Of a DNA stretch of 64,000 nt, positions 52,527 through 64,000 are shown piece by piece; the first letter of the stretch is position 1; each line of letters begins with the position of its first letter. A program made the position numbers and the translations under genes. Origin of the DNA: Octopus vulgaris (taxonomy: Eukaryota). Below the pieces are notes generated by a model. The model was not told the origin of the DNA, did not search any database, and was given only the letters and a program-made list of their open reading frames with translations. The stretch is from assembly GCA_951406725.2 (NCBI GenBank), contig OX597817.1:125550001-125614000 (forward strand). Direction: 5' to 3'.

Positions 52527-52930
52527 GGCACAGGTGTGGCTGTGTGGTAAGATGCTTGCTTCCCAACCGCATGGTTCAGGGTTCAGGGTTCAGTCCCACT
52601 GCATGGCACTTTCAGCAAGTGTCTTCTACTATAGCCTCAGACTGGTCAAAACCTTGTGAGTGTATTTGGAACTGATAGTAGCCCTTCATATATATGTGTA
52701 TACATGTCTGTGTGTGTGTCTTTGTGTTTGTGTTTGTCCTCTCACCACCACTTTACAATTGGTGCTGGCATGTTTACATCCCTGTAACTTAGCAGCTCAG
52801 CAAAAGTGACTGATATAATAAGCACTAGGCTAGTTTAAGAAACAAAGTACTGGGGTTGATCCATTTGACTAAAAACCCTTCAAGATGGTGTCCCAGCAAG
52901 GCTGCAGCCTAATGACTGAAAGAAGTTAAA
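52527..52930 (+). mobile_element. SINE family B (older copy, tandem)
   Basis: Directly follows the previous copy. Confidence 0.85.
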
Positions 52931-53377
52931 AAAAAAAAAAGTGATGTAAATTAGATATGTCGTTGATTATGTTAATGCAATCTGTTTCAGCAACTAATTC
53001 TGTTAAATAACTGTTCTACATATTGCAGATAGTTTCTGGTCTTGTACCAGTGTCAGTAATCATTCCACAAACTCTTTGGTGTGACATGTCATGCATTAAA
53101 ATTTCTTCTTATGATCTTGTTATTGGACTGTCACTTATGTGTATAGAGCCATTTTAGCTTATAAATGCTGATAAATAAGCTTTCTTTATGAAATGATATT
53201 GCAAGGTTTATTATTTTTTTTTCAGTTTATTAAGTATCACCTAAAATCCTGCAATATATTACTACTGACACGTTAGTTTGTTATCACCACACTACATTAA
53301 CCATAGTAGGTAATTTACACTATCCTCACCCTCTACCTCCTCTTCATCCTCTTTTTTCATCATTATTATCATCACCA

Positions 53378-53770
53378 GGCACAGGAGTGGCTGTGTGGTA
53401 AGTAGCTTGCTTACCAACCACATGGTTCCGGGTTCATTCCCACTGCCTGGCACCTTGGGCAAGTGTCTTCTACTATAGCCTTGGGCCGACCAAAGCCTTG
53501 TGAGTGGATTTGGATATGGTAGACAGAAATTGAAAGAAGCCTGTTGTATATATATATGTATGTGTGTGTGTGTGTTTGTGTTTGTTCCCCCAATATCGCT
53601 TGACAACCGATGCTGGTGTGTTTACATCCCCATAACTTAGCAGTTCAGCAAAAGAGACCGATAGAATAAGTACTAAGCTTCCAAAGAATAAGTCCTGGGG
53701 TCGATTTGCTCGACTAAACCGGTGCTCCAGCATGGTCATAGTCAAATGACTGAAACAAGTAAAAGAGATA
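53378..53770 (+). mobile_element. SINE family B
   Basis: Full length. Confidence 0.92.
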
Positions 53771-55269
53771 AAAGGGACCACTAAAACAACAATGACAATG
53801 ACCACCACTACTCCTACCACCACTATCATATCAATTTTATGTTATTTGATACTTATGATAACATACTTGTGTATATTATCAATTGTTTGTTGTACCAAGT
53901 GTATAAAAGATGTGAAATTCATGTATTAGAGTATGTAATATATTGTGCAAAAATATTTCCAATTTCTTTTTTCATGATTTTCCCTACATCAAGAGCAAGA
54001 TATAGAAATAGTTATGCATGTTGTATTTTTGTTGATACCATTGGAACACTTTTATGTTGTAAGAAACATAAAAGAATTCCAAATTCTGTCTAAAGTTTTG
54101 TAATAATCTTGATGTAGGTCTCCCAGCAGAGGAAAATATATTAACCTCTTAGTAAATATACTAATTCATTTAACCTTAATTGAATATAGTAAATACTAAA
54201 ATAGAAATTTACTCATTCATAAAACTACTTTGAAAGTATCATGATATCATGCAATTATTGCCTGCAGACATAGATGCTGAATATTTTCAAAATGAAAGTA
54301 AAGGCCAACTGACTGATTGGCAAACTTTCTCTCACTAAGACACTCCAACCACTACCATCCCAACATCCTGTATCATTCTTCTGTCTAAATTTTTCTATTT
54401 CGACAGTAGTTCCTGTTTCTCTGAATTACCAAATTAACAAGCTGTCTACCTCCCAATTTCCTCACCTCTCTTTGCAACTCATTTTCCCTATTGTGTCTCA
54501 GCATCTAAATACTGCACTGAACAATTTGTCTCAACCTTTGTCTCAGAAACTGTACCCTTCGACCACGTTTTAGTTTCACAGAAATTAAAGTTGGCCATCA
54601 ACCATCAGAACTTTAACCCATTTCTGGTCATATTTCTAAAGGAATACAGTGTTTATTATTTTAGATAATCACTAATATGAAAGCATTTAGTATAACAAGT
54701 TCATCTTTGAAGCATAACAAAAAGTTCTTACACGGAAAGAAAAATATGTAAATAGAAAGATTAAAATCTAGAAGTCTTATTTAATTGTACCAGATACAAA
54801 TTTGGCAGTTTGGTATTGGAATAGTTAACGATCTGGGAAATCATAAATTTATTCTGGGTATTATTTGACTTCCCTAGAATTGTTAAAAACATATAAGTTT
54901 TTTGAGAGTAATGATGGAGATGAATTCTATGATCTTATTGGATTGAAGGTCACAAACAAATGTTTCATCTTTGTTGAGTCTATCTATGCCAAATAAAACT
55001 GATAAAGCAGTCATTCTCAAAATTATACACAAGGGTTGGAGTTAAGCTCTATCTAATCCTGAACTATGGGTCACTTTTACAGTTCTGACTACTTATCCCA
55101 GCAATTTGTTTTTATTCTGTGATTATTTTGTTATTATTAGGCTGTTTGGGCAGTTTGAAATTTAAATGACTATATAACTATTGATCCTTTACATTGTCAT
55201 TTATAAATTACAAATGGTTGACTAGTTTTCATTCTTGTCTCTCCATCTATTCTCTCATCTATGCTCCTC

Positions 55270-55550
55270 TTTCACTCTTTTATTTTATTATTTGTTTCAG
55301 TCATTTGACTGCTGCCATGCTGGAACACCATCTTTAGTTAAGCAAATCGACCCCAGCACTTATTCTTTGTAAGCCTAGTACTTATTCTATCCATCTCTTT
55401 TGCAGAACTGCTAAGTTACGGGGACGTAAATACACCAGCATCTGTTGTCAAACAACGTTGGGGGGACAAATACAGACACACAAACACACACACACATACA
55501 CACATATATATACATATACATATATATGGCAGGTTTCTTTCAGTTTCCAC
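55270..55550 (-). mobile_element. SINE family B, 3' half
   Basis: Reverse complement of 53520-53770. Confidence 0.85.
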
Positions 55551-55684
55551 CTAGGATTTGAAGTTAGTGAGTTGCATATCATTTCAAATAATATGAGTCA
55601 TTCTATCTAATATTCTAACAGCTCAACCAATTCAATGAGTGTAACTTCATTTCATCAACTCCAGAAGGATTGAAACAATAGCTG

Positions 55685-55985
55685 TTTGTTCCTTCTCAAG
55701 ACATGCCTGGCTCATAAAGGCCGGTTTCCTGGTTTCCTTGGTGTATAGGTTCCCCACCTGGATGGGATGCCGGTCTGTCACAAGTGAGCTGCAAGATGCA
55801 AGAGGAAAGAGTGAGAGAAAGTTGTGGCAAAAGAGTCAGCAGAAGTTCGCCATTACCTTCTGCCGGAGACGTTTGGAGCCTTGGTGTTTCGCTCATAAAC
55901 ACACGCATCACCCTGTCTGAGATTCGAACCTGCGATCCCTCGACCGTGAGTCCATTTCTCTAACCACTAGGCCACGTGCCTCCCC
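55685..55985 (-). mobile_element. SINE family A-related, V-domain-like tail, 12-bp TSD
   Basis: TSD aaacaatagctg at 55673-55684 and 55986-55997. Confidence 0.9.
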
Positions 55986-56852
55986 AAACAATAGCTGGCT
56001 TTAGTAGGATTTGAACTCACAATGAAAAAGACTGATTGAATTAACATAAGACATTTTATCTGCTGCTCAAACGACTTCATTAATACCCCACCAAATTTTG
56101 CATATAAAACATAATTGTATATAAGCCACATATAAATTCATACTGAATCACCACAAACAAATGGTTCGGTGTAATTGCATCTTTTATTGAATATTTGCAA
56201 AGAAAAATATCTATTTCAGGGTAAAATTTCTTAAAACTGATATTTCTATTCAAATCTATTCCTTACTACACATTCTGCAGTTAATCGCAGAAACACAAAT
56301 TTAGACTGTTGGTTGCTGCAAGCTATATATGGATTAAAATTTAGATAACTAGCTGATAATAATGAGCTTATATATTATTCTTAATTCTAGCTTTTGGGTT
56401 TAAGATTTCTGTAAAGAAAGGACGTATATTTATACCTCTTTGTATAGAAGGCACTAGGAAAGGGAGGGAGAGAGACGGGAAGAGAGAAAGGGGGAGAAAG
56501 GGAAAACCAGAGAAAATCAGAGAACCAAAATGATAGAGAGAAATATTTTAATATTACTTCTAAATATAAGCTCTACTCAAAATATTACATTATTTGAAAT
56601 AATGGCTGCTGAGTACCTGATGAATAAATTTAGGACAATGTGTTCTGAAGTTAGAACAATATGAAATATAATTTAAGGCCAGCTGAGATTAAGTTGTTTT
56701 ATTTTAACATGATGTGTTTAAAAGCTTCATTTCTGTATTAATTATTTACAGTAGTATAATATTGGAATTTATTAATTGTAAATACATACATAAATATATA
56801 CATACATTCCTGCAAGTATTCCTGCAGACATGTGTGTATGATGAATATATAT

Positions 56853-56965
<113 letters not shown>

Positions 56966-57024
56966 GCATATACATATATATATGTACACACATATGTATG
57001 TATGTATATGTGTGTGTGTGTGTG

Positions 57025-57420
57025 CAGACGTGGGTGTGTGGTAAGTAACTTGCTTACAAACCACATGGTTCTGGGTTGAGTCCCACTGCATGGCACCTTG
57101 GGCAAGTGTCTGCTGCTATAGCTTAGAGCCGACCAAACCCTTGTAAGTGCATTTGGTAGACAGAAACTGAAAGAAGCTTTCTTATATATATATATATATA
57201 TGCATATACATATATATATGTTTGTGTGTCTGTGTTTGCCCCACCATCACCATCACTCTACAATGGATATTGGTTTATTTATGCCCCTGTAACTTAGCAG
57301 TTTGGCAAAAGAGACCAATAGAATAAATACTAGGCTTACACAGAATAAGTTCTGGGGTTGATTTGATCGACTAAAGGTATTGCTCCAACATGGCCACAGC
57401 CAAAGGCCTGAAACAAATAC
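57025..57420 (+). mobile_element. SINE family B
   Basis: Full length, diverged. Confidence 0.88.
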
Positions 57421-57804
57421 ACGAATATATAAATAATGTGAGTGGCTTATTCACAATTTTAGAAACATAAATGCAGCAATATAGACGTTACTAAAGTGTT
57501 AAAGGGCACTAATCAGCTCGAGTATTGCTAGAAATAAGACCTTGTCTCCCTGTGTGTTTCTTAAGATTGTGCTTTTTGTGGTGGTTGAGTTGCTTTGACT
57601 CTTATTTCTTGCAATACTGGTACTGATTAGTGTCATTTGTCACTTTCGTGACGTTTATCTATGTTGCTGTCTCTCTCTCTCTTCTATGTATGTATCTATC
57701 TATATATGTGTGTGTGTGTATGCACGTATGCGTTTGTGCGTGTGTATACAGATATGTATGTGTATATATAAATATATATATACTTACATACATACATATA
57801 TGTA

Positions 57805-57840
<36 letters not shown>

Positions 57841-57858
57841 CATGCATACATATATGTA

Positions 57859-57898
<40 letters not shown>

Positions 57899-58064
57899 CA
57901 TACATACTTACAATGCCGCTAACACCTACTCCTACCTCCTGTAGGGGCAACGATCTTAACACGCTTGAATGATGTTAGGTCAGAAATGAGAACAGGTGAA
58001 GCATGTCTAAAAAAACGAACCCGACATCATTCCTCTTCTTTTCAGGTGCTGAATAATATTTCTC

Positions 58065-59070
58065 CTCCCCACAAAGGAATTCAAGACAGGTTGTCCCTGG
58101 GAGCTACTCTATTCTGATGACCTGGCTCTCATAGCAGAATCACTACCAGAAGAAGAGTAGAAATTTCAGGTGTTGAAGCAAGGTTTAGAATCGAAAGGCC
58201 TTAGAGTCAATGTTGCAAAGACCAAAGTTCTAGTAAGTAGGAAGGAGAACACATCACAAACACCCTTCAGGTAGGTGGCCTTGCTCGATCTGTAGAAAAG
58301 GTGTAGGTAGAAACTCCATAAGATGTACCCAGTGTAAGCTATGGACACAGAAGAAGTGCAACAACATCAAAGGAAAATTAAGTGGGAAGATAGTCTTTAT
58401 GTGTGGCAGATGCACAGGGGCAATAAACACCACAGATGCTCAGAAAACAGATTCCATCGCATGCCAGGGGAAAAACTAGAAGTAGTTGATAGCTTCCACT
58501 ACCTATGTGGTCAAGTCTGTAGTGGAGTGGATGCTCAGAGATTGTTACCACTAGAATAAGAATAGTCTGGACATAGTTCAGAAAGCTTCAACCCCTACTG
58601 GTGACAAAGACCACTCGCTCAGAGTGAAACATAGATTGTACGATGCATGTGTGCAAACTGCCATGCTTCATGGCAATGATACATGGGACGTGGCTGCTGA
58701 AGATATGCGTAGGCTCTAAAGAAATGAAGCTAGCATCATCTGCTGGATGTGTAATGTCAGTGTGCAACACGACAGAGTGTAAGCGCCCTGAAAAAAATGT
58801 TGGACATAAGAAGCATCGGATATAGCGTGCAAGAGAGACGTTTGCATTGGTATGGTCATGTACTATGGATGGATGAGGAGAGCTGTGGGAAGAAGTGCCA
58901 CTCCCAAACAGTTGAAGGAATCTGGAGTATAGGGAAACCCAGGAAGACATGGGATGAGGTGGTGAAGCAAGACCTTCGAATGTTGGGCCTCACAGAGGCA
59001 ATGACAAAAGACTGAGACCTCAGGAGATATGCTGTGACTGAGAAGACCTAGCAAATGAAGTGAGGTCACA
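58065..59070 (+). mobile_element. RTE LINE 3' half (RT catalytic motif to end), pseudogene
   Basis: EFKTGCPWELLYSDDLALIAES, GLRVNVAKTKV, EVVDSFHYL, QERRLHWYGHV, GKPRKTWDEVV. Confidence 0.93.
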
Positions 59071-60829
59071 GCTGTAATCTTTATTTATTGATAGGAAACC
59101 ATGATATATAAAGATTAAATCCATTGGGCCTCTAGTGAACACAATAATCATGCATTCAAGTGTAGCATGCTCATAAACGTTTCATTACTGGTTTACAGTC
59201 TCAAATGTGCCATTACTTGAATGTATTCTTAAATTTTTATATATATGGGTAGTTTCCAAGGGTTCACTCTAATGCATTGGTACACCATGGGGTATATCCA
59301 GATTTTTAAAATAATTTAAGCTTTCCGGAAATAATGCATAAGTTTCTTGTAAAACATTCTATTCATGATTTTCTTATGCATAAATATGATGAATAAAACA
59401 AAGGAAGAAATCATTTTTCAATAATTTTATAATATTTTATACTTTATATTATAATTATTTCAAAAACGTTCGAAGCAAAACGAATCAATAAAGTTTACTT
59501 TCCATACAAACAGTACCAGTAACATTCTACTTGTTCTCTACAATGCCATGAAGCTAAAATGATTGAGAACACTTGACTTGCATAGTACAAACATCATCAG
59601 AAATGTGTAAATTGTCCATCAACAAAGGTTTTAAGGGATAAAGTAATAAAGAAATATTTTCCTGCACTGTAGTAGAAGTACGGTCATTGGTCCCCACATT
59701 TGGCAATTCTAAATATCTATACTTATTTTGAAGCATCATTAAATGATATTTTCCTTCAGCTTCCAGTTACCCTTGATCAACCAAACCTATGATGAATGGC
59801 ATTCCAGATCTGACTAACCTGTCTATTTGCATATCCAAAATTCATTTACCTAATGGGCTCTTTCTTTTTTCCATTTTATTTTCTAAGATTGTACTGTGAT
59901 TTGAAAGTTGGTTGATTTTGTTAACATGTCAACTGAAAGTGCAGAGGTTCCTTCCATGACTTATTCATTAAATTTTGTAAGATCTCACATATGAAATGAA
60001 ATTGAGGGCGTGTCTTTTGTTGTGAAATTTCCTCTGCAAGGGTAAATTAACAAAAAGCAATGATACAGTAGATTAATGATACAACAAACAATAAATAACT
60101 GAAATAATGTTGGTATAACAGAATATAAAAGAACATAAATGGGTTAATATTTTGCACGGGCATGTAGAATGTGCACAAATTATTCAGCTCTAAATGGAGA
60201 AGCTTCGGCAAACTACTACATCAGAATGATATGGTGTGTGGATGTTATAGAGAGAATGTTTCTCAGAATTTGGGAACTAATTTAGATTTCTATTTTCTCA
60301 AACGAAGTAATTAGTTGGAAAGTTTTAAAATATTGCTTAAAGAAATTATTTTACTGACACTTCATATTTATTTGAGTTTAATTACTGTTTCTTTTGGCAC
60401 AATATATCTTATCTGTCAAATGAATTAAAGTTTTTTTCTTTATTTAAGTAACACCCTGAATGTGATTTTTTTAAAGAAAAAAGCAAACACCAGCTGTATG
60501 ATATATTTTTCCTAGATATAGTGATAAGTTTGTTTGCATTGCTTGTGTGATCATTGGTAATGTGATTCTTATACACAGAAATGAAATAGATAAACTCTAT
60601 GGTCATAGAATTAACTATGCTAAATATTTTGTCTGAGCTAAACACTTAATTCTTCTTTGTCCCAGTTTATCTAGCTGACAGCGATAGATACTGGGTTTTG
60701 TAGAGAAACATTCTATGTGTATTGATACTTTTTATTATTAAAAATCAGACAAAATGTTGAGGTTATTTTTTGCTGTGCAGGTAAATAAATTTTATTCTTT
60801 AATGCTTTTTATCTCAGTGAATCAATTTA

Positions 60830-61175
60830 TCACGCTGGGTCATAGTGCTAGTGCATGCATATACAGCTGCGTGCGTGCACACATCACGTGAGTACTGTCC
60901 AAATCTCCAACCAATCACATACAGGTAGCTGGCATTCAATTGGCGTATCAAGTTTCAAGCATTTTGATTGGGTTTTGGATAGAAAATTCACCAAAAATCA
61001 AGTCTATTGATTTTTTTAATGGCTTTGCGGGGTGACTAGGGAAATGTAAAGATGTGCACGACCACCCTTGGACGGTTTTAAATGACCATAGAAAGTGCAA
61101 GCCTTCTAACTGAAAAATTGTGGATTTGTATAAAGGACACGCATGCAGACATTTTGCCGTTTATATATAGAGAGA
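60830..61175 (-). mobile_element. Putative non-autonomous Helitron-like element
   Basis: Minus strand begins a|tctctctatatataaacggcaaaatgtctg, like 5'-TC starts of Helitron derivatives; 3' end unclear. Confidence 0.4.
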
Positions 61176-61179
61176 TAAT

Positions 61180-61415
61180 AAAGGTGGTGAGCTGGCAGAA
61201 ACGTTAGCACGCCGGGCGAAATGCGTAGCCGTATTTCGTCTGTTGATACGTTCTGAGTTCAAATTACGCCGAGGTCGACTTTGCCTTTCATCCTTTCGGT
61301 GTCGATTAAATAAGTACCAGTTACGCACTGGGGTCGATGTAATCGACTTAATCCATTTGTCTGTCCTTGTTTGTCCCCTCTGTGTTTAGCCCCTTGTGGG
61401 TAGTAAAGAAATATG
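61180..61415 (+). mobile_element. SINE family C
   Basis: Full length; agagataat on both flanks. Confidence 0.92.
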
Positions 61416-61612
61416 TATATATAGAGATAATGTCTGTAGTAATTTCGACTGCTGGATTGAATTGTCTAGAAGTGAGCAATTCTGGATACAAGGACTGAGA
61501 GAATTATTAGGTAAAGAATTTGACTGGTGAGACACAGTAGGAAGAAAGGAGAGGTATGTGGTATGTGCATATTAATGGTACATAGTCTTCTAGTTCAGGG
61601 AAGCTAGTGCAA

Positions 61613-62010
61613 TAAACCCGTTTGCATTTAAACCGGTTATATCCTGCCAAAATATTCTATCTTATTTCTTTATTGCCCACATGGGGCTAAACATAGAGGG
61701 GACAAACAAGGACAGACAAACAGATTAAGTCGATTATATCGACTCCAGTGCTTAACTGGTACTTATTTAATCAACCCCGAAAGGATGAAAGGCAAAGTCG
61801 ACCTCGGCAGAATTTGAACTCATGACGTAACGGCAGACGAAATAGCGCTAAGCATTTCGCCCTGTGTGCTAACGTTTCTGCCAGCTCGCCCAAATATTCT
61901 ATCTGGCCTCTCACACCTACCGGACAATGTCATTCTAAAAATGTACAATAACATCATCGAAATCTCAAAGCCACAAGATAATGCATGATTAAAATTAAAA
62001 CAATGTGGAT
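61613..62010. mobile_element. MITE-like host repeat (taaacccgtttgcatttaaaccgg) interrupted by SINE C
   Basis: Sequence is continuous across the SINE TSD; decayed TTAA-CCC-like end is suggestive only. Confidence 0.4.
61663..61891 (-). mobile_element. SINE family C with 13-bp TSD
   Basis: TSD aaatattctatct at 61650-61662 and 61892-61904. Confidence 0.92.
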
Positions 62011-62834
62011 AGGGAATCAATATACAGTGTGTCAGTCAGAGAGTTGTGGTATTGTACTGATGACAGAAATTTTGCTAATCAACAGAATCAGCAGGTTCTT
62101 GTACATTTATATATTTATTTATTCATATATTCATTTATTTATTTATTTACTCATTTTGTAATATGGTCATCTGTTGTGATGTAGCCTAGGATACTGCTGT
62201 GTGTTGACAATGTTTCAGAGTATGTAGTCCATAACAGTAAAGCGAGAATTAATTTTGTATAGTGTACAATCTCTCTCTGTTCAGCTGTGCTATGTTACTC
62301 ACAGCCAGTTCTTACATTTCATTTGATTTGCAATTGTTCTCAGGAAGAGAGTTGGAAAGTAAAGAGAGGAAAAATATTCAGTACATGAAAATAAAGGAAA
62401 AATAAGATCTAACTATAGTAAATCAACAAAAATGTGTTGCAGTATGATGATTTTCCTCTCAAATGTATTCCACTCAGAAATTAATTATTGCTGTGTATTG
62501 TATTTTTCAAAGAAATTCTTTTAACAATGTAACATCATAAAACTATACTTAATCCTTCCAAAGACCACAAGTTCAACACTTATCTAAACTCACATCAATA
62601 TAGAAAAAATAATTTCCATCCAAAATCACACCTCATGTCACTAATAACATTATATGGTAATACAATATTAAATAGTAACTTAATCTAGAACAGTCACGGT
62701 CATACTGAAGCCACTGAAACTTTCTGAATGGAGGCTTACCTAAAAAAATCAACTTGAAATTTTTTTGGTACTGTGACTTGCTTGATTATAGAAAAATGAT
62801 TCCCTATGCTTGATCTAGAACCACAAACTTGAAA

Positions 62835-63030
62835 TATTGGTTTCAAACTTTGGCACAAGACCAACTATTTCAGGGAGGCCTTAAGTTGATTACATCAACC
62901 CAATACTCAACTGGTACTTATTTTAGCAACCCCCAGAAGGATGATAGGCTATGTCGACCATGATAGAATTTGAACTCTGAGCATAAAGATGGACGAAATT
63001 TTGCAAAGCATTTTGCTCAGTGTGCTAATG
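62835..63030 (-). mobile_element. Degenerate SINE family C
   Basis: actggtacttatttt...gaatttgaactc motifs. Confidence 0.7.
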
Positions 63031-63417
63031 AAAAAACTCAATAAATTGTAAGTTACAATCTTCAGCCTATGACGTCTGAGATATTTGGAGGAGTTGGACT
63101 GCAAACCACAAAATTCATTACTGCCTCATTTAATGAAAATATCAGATGATACCTGAGAGGACACACTTGGAGGTTCCAGCATTTAAAACCAACAAAAATT
63201 CGCAGTATAGCTGCAAGTGTCTTGGCCTGCTTTCATTGACGAAGAAAAGATTTTTATCTTTGCATTTAGATTTTAATGCAAATATGGAACACAAATATCA
63301 AGCATATAGAATTTACAATTTGATATAAAACAAAGATGCTAGTATCATTGTAATGAAATGCAATGTAAAAATAGTAAATTAACCTAGAACTCATGAACTC
63401 TCATTATAGTGAAAATA

Positions 63418-63590
63418 GTATCATCATCATCATCATTGTCATCATCATCATTGCTATCATCCCCACCACCGCCGCCACCGCTACCACTGCTGCCATCATC
63501 ATGACCATCACTACTGCCACAACCACATCACCACCACTGTTGCCGCCACCATCACTACCACCTCCACCACTATCATCATTGTCATTTATC
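63418..63590. repeat. Degenerate (CAT)/(CAC) trinucleotide tract
   Basis: Directly visible. Confidence 0.9.
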
Positions 63591-64000
63591 ATGAGTTGTT
63601 AAGAGGAGCAGGAGAGATAAATATTATCAATACAAGGTGTCAGAATATAACCTCAGGTTACAAGAAAACTAGTACAAGAGAGAATGGGGGAGGGATAACT
63701 TTGAATGCTGCATGGGTGATAAAGTATATAGATGTGTGAAAGGAAGGTTTTAATTTCAAATCACAGTAGCTATAGCAAAAAAATCAGAAATATTTTTGCA
63801 TCAATGTTTTAAAATAATTTGCTTTTTAGTATTATTCATAAACAAAATAAATCACTGGATGCCAAAGAAAAAAGAATTTGTGTCATAATAGAGTTTTGAA
63901 CAGAAGGGAAGTGAATTGCTTGTAACCAGTCAGTTGGGAGACTCACCATTTTTTATCTATGGACCCTTTTGATTCTCATTTAGATGCGTTAAAGAATCTC

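Noticed and set aside
52091-52675. Recurrent ORFs such as RQASFSFRLPNPLTR / STKSTHKALVGP
   Set aside because: Translations of SINE family B, not a gene family

Overview
Strongly AT-rich, microsatellite-laden eukaryotic DNA with no recognisable host protein-coding gene. The SINE and LINE families resemble those of an octopus (coleoid cephalopod) genome; this assignment is an inference. The window is intronic or intergenic sequence filled with mobile-element debris: at least five tRNA-derived SINE families (several copies with clear target-site duplications), decayed RTE-clade LINEs, R4/Dong-like LINE fragments (restriction-like endonuclease) sitting in (TAA)n or (CATA)n tracts, Penelope-like (PLE) RT and terminal repeats, a Tigger/pogo transposase relic, MITEs and a possible LTR pair. 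Almost all ORFs in the supplied track are microsatellite or repeat artefacts. Three signals stand out. (i) Several type I hammerhead-ribozyme motifs from different repeat families, including a complete one at 29787-29890 with a long branched helix II. (ii) A tRNA-headed, (TAA)n-containing short element with a hammerhead-like fold and inverted 5' ends, i.e. a candidate Penelope-mobilised 'ribozyme SINE'. (iii) A nested set of TAA-targeting elements, one of which sits inside both copies of that SINE. Close inverted SINE/LINE pairs could form dsRNA substrates for ADAR editing.
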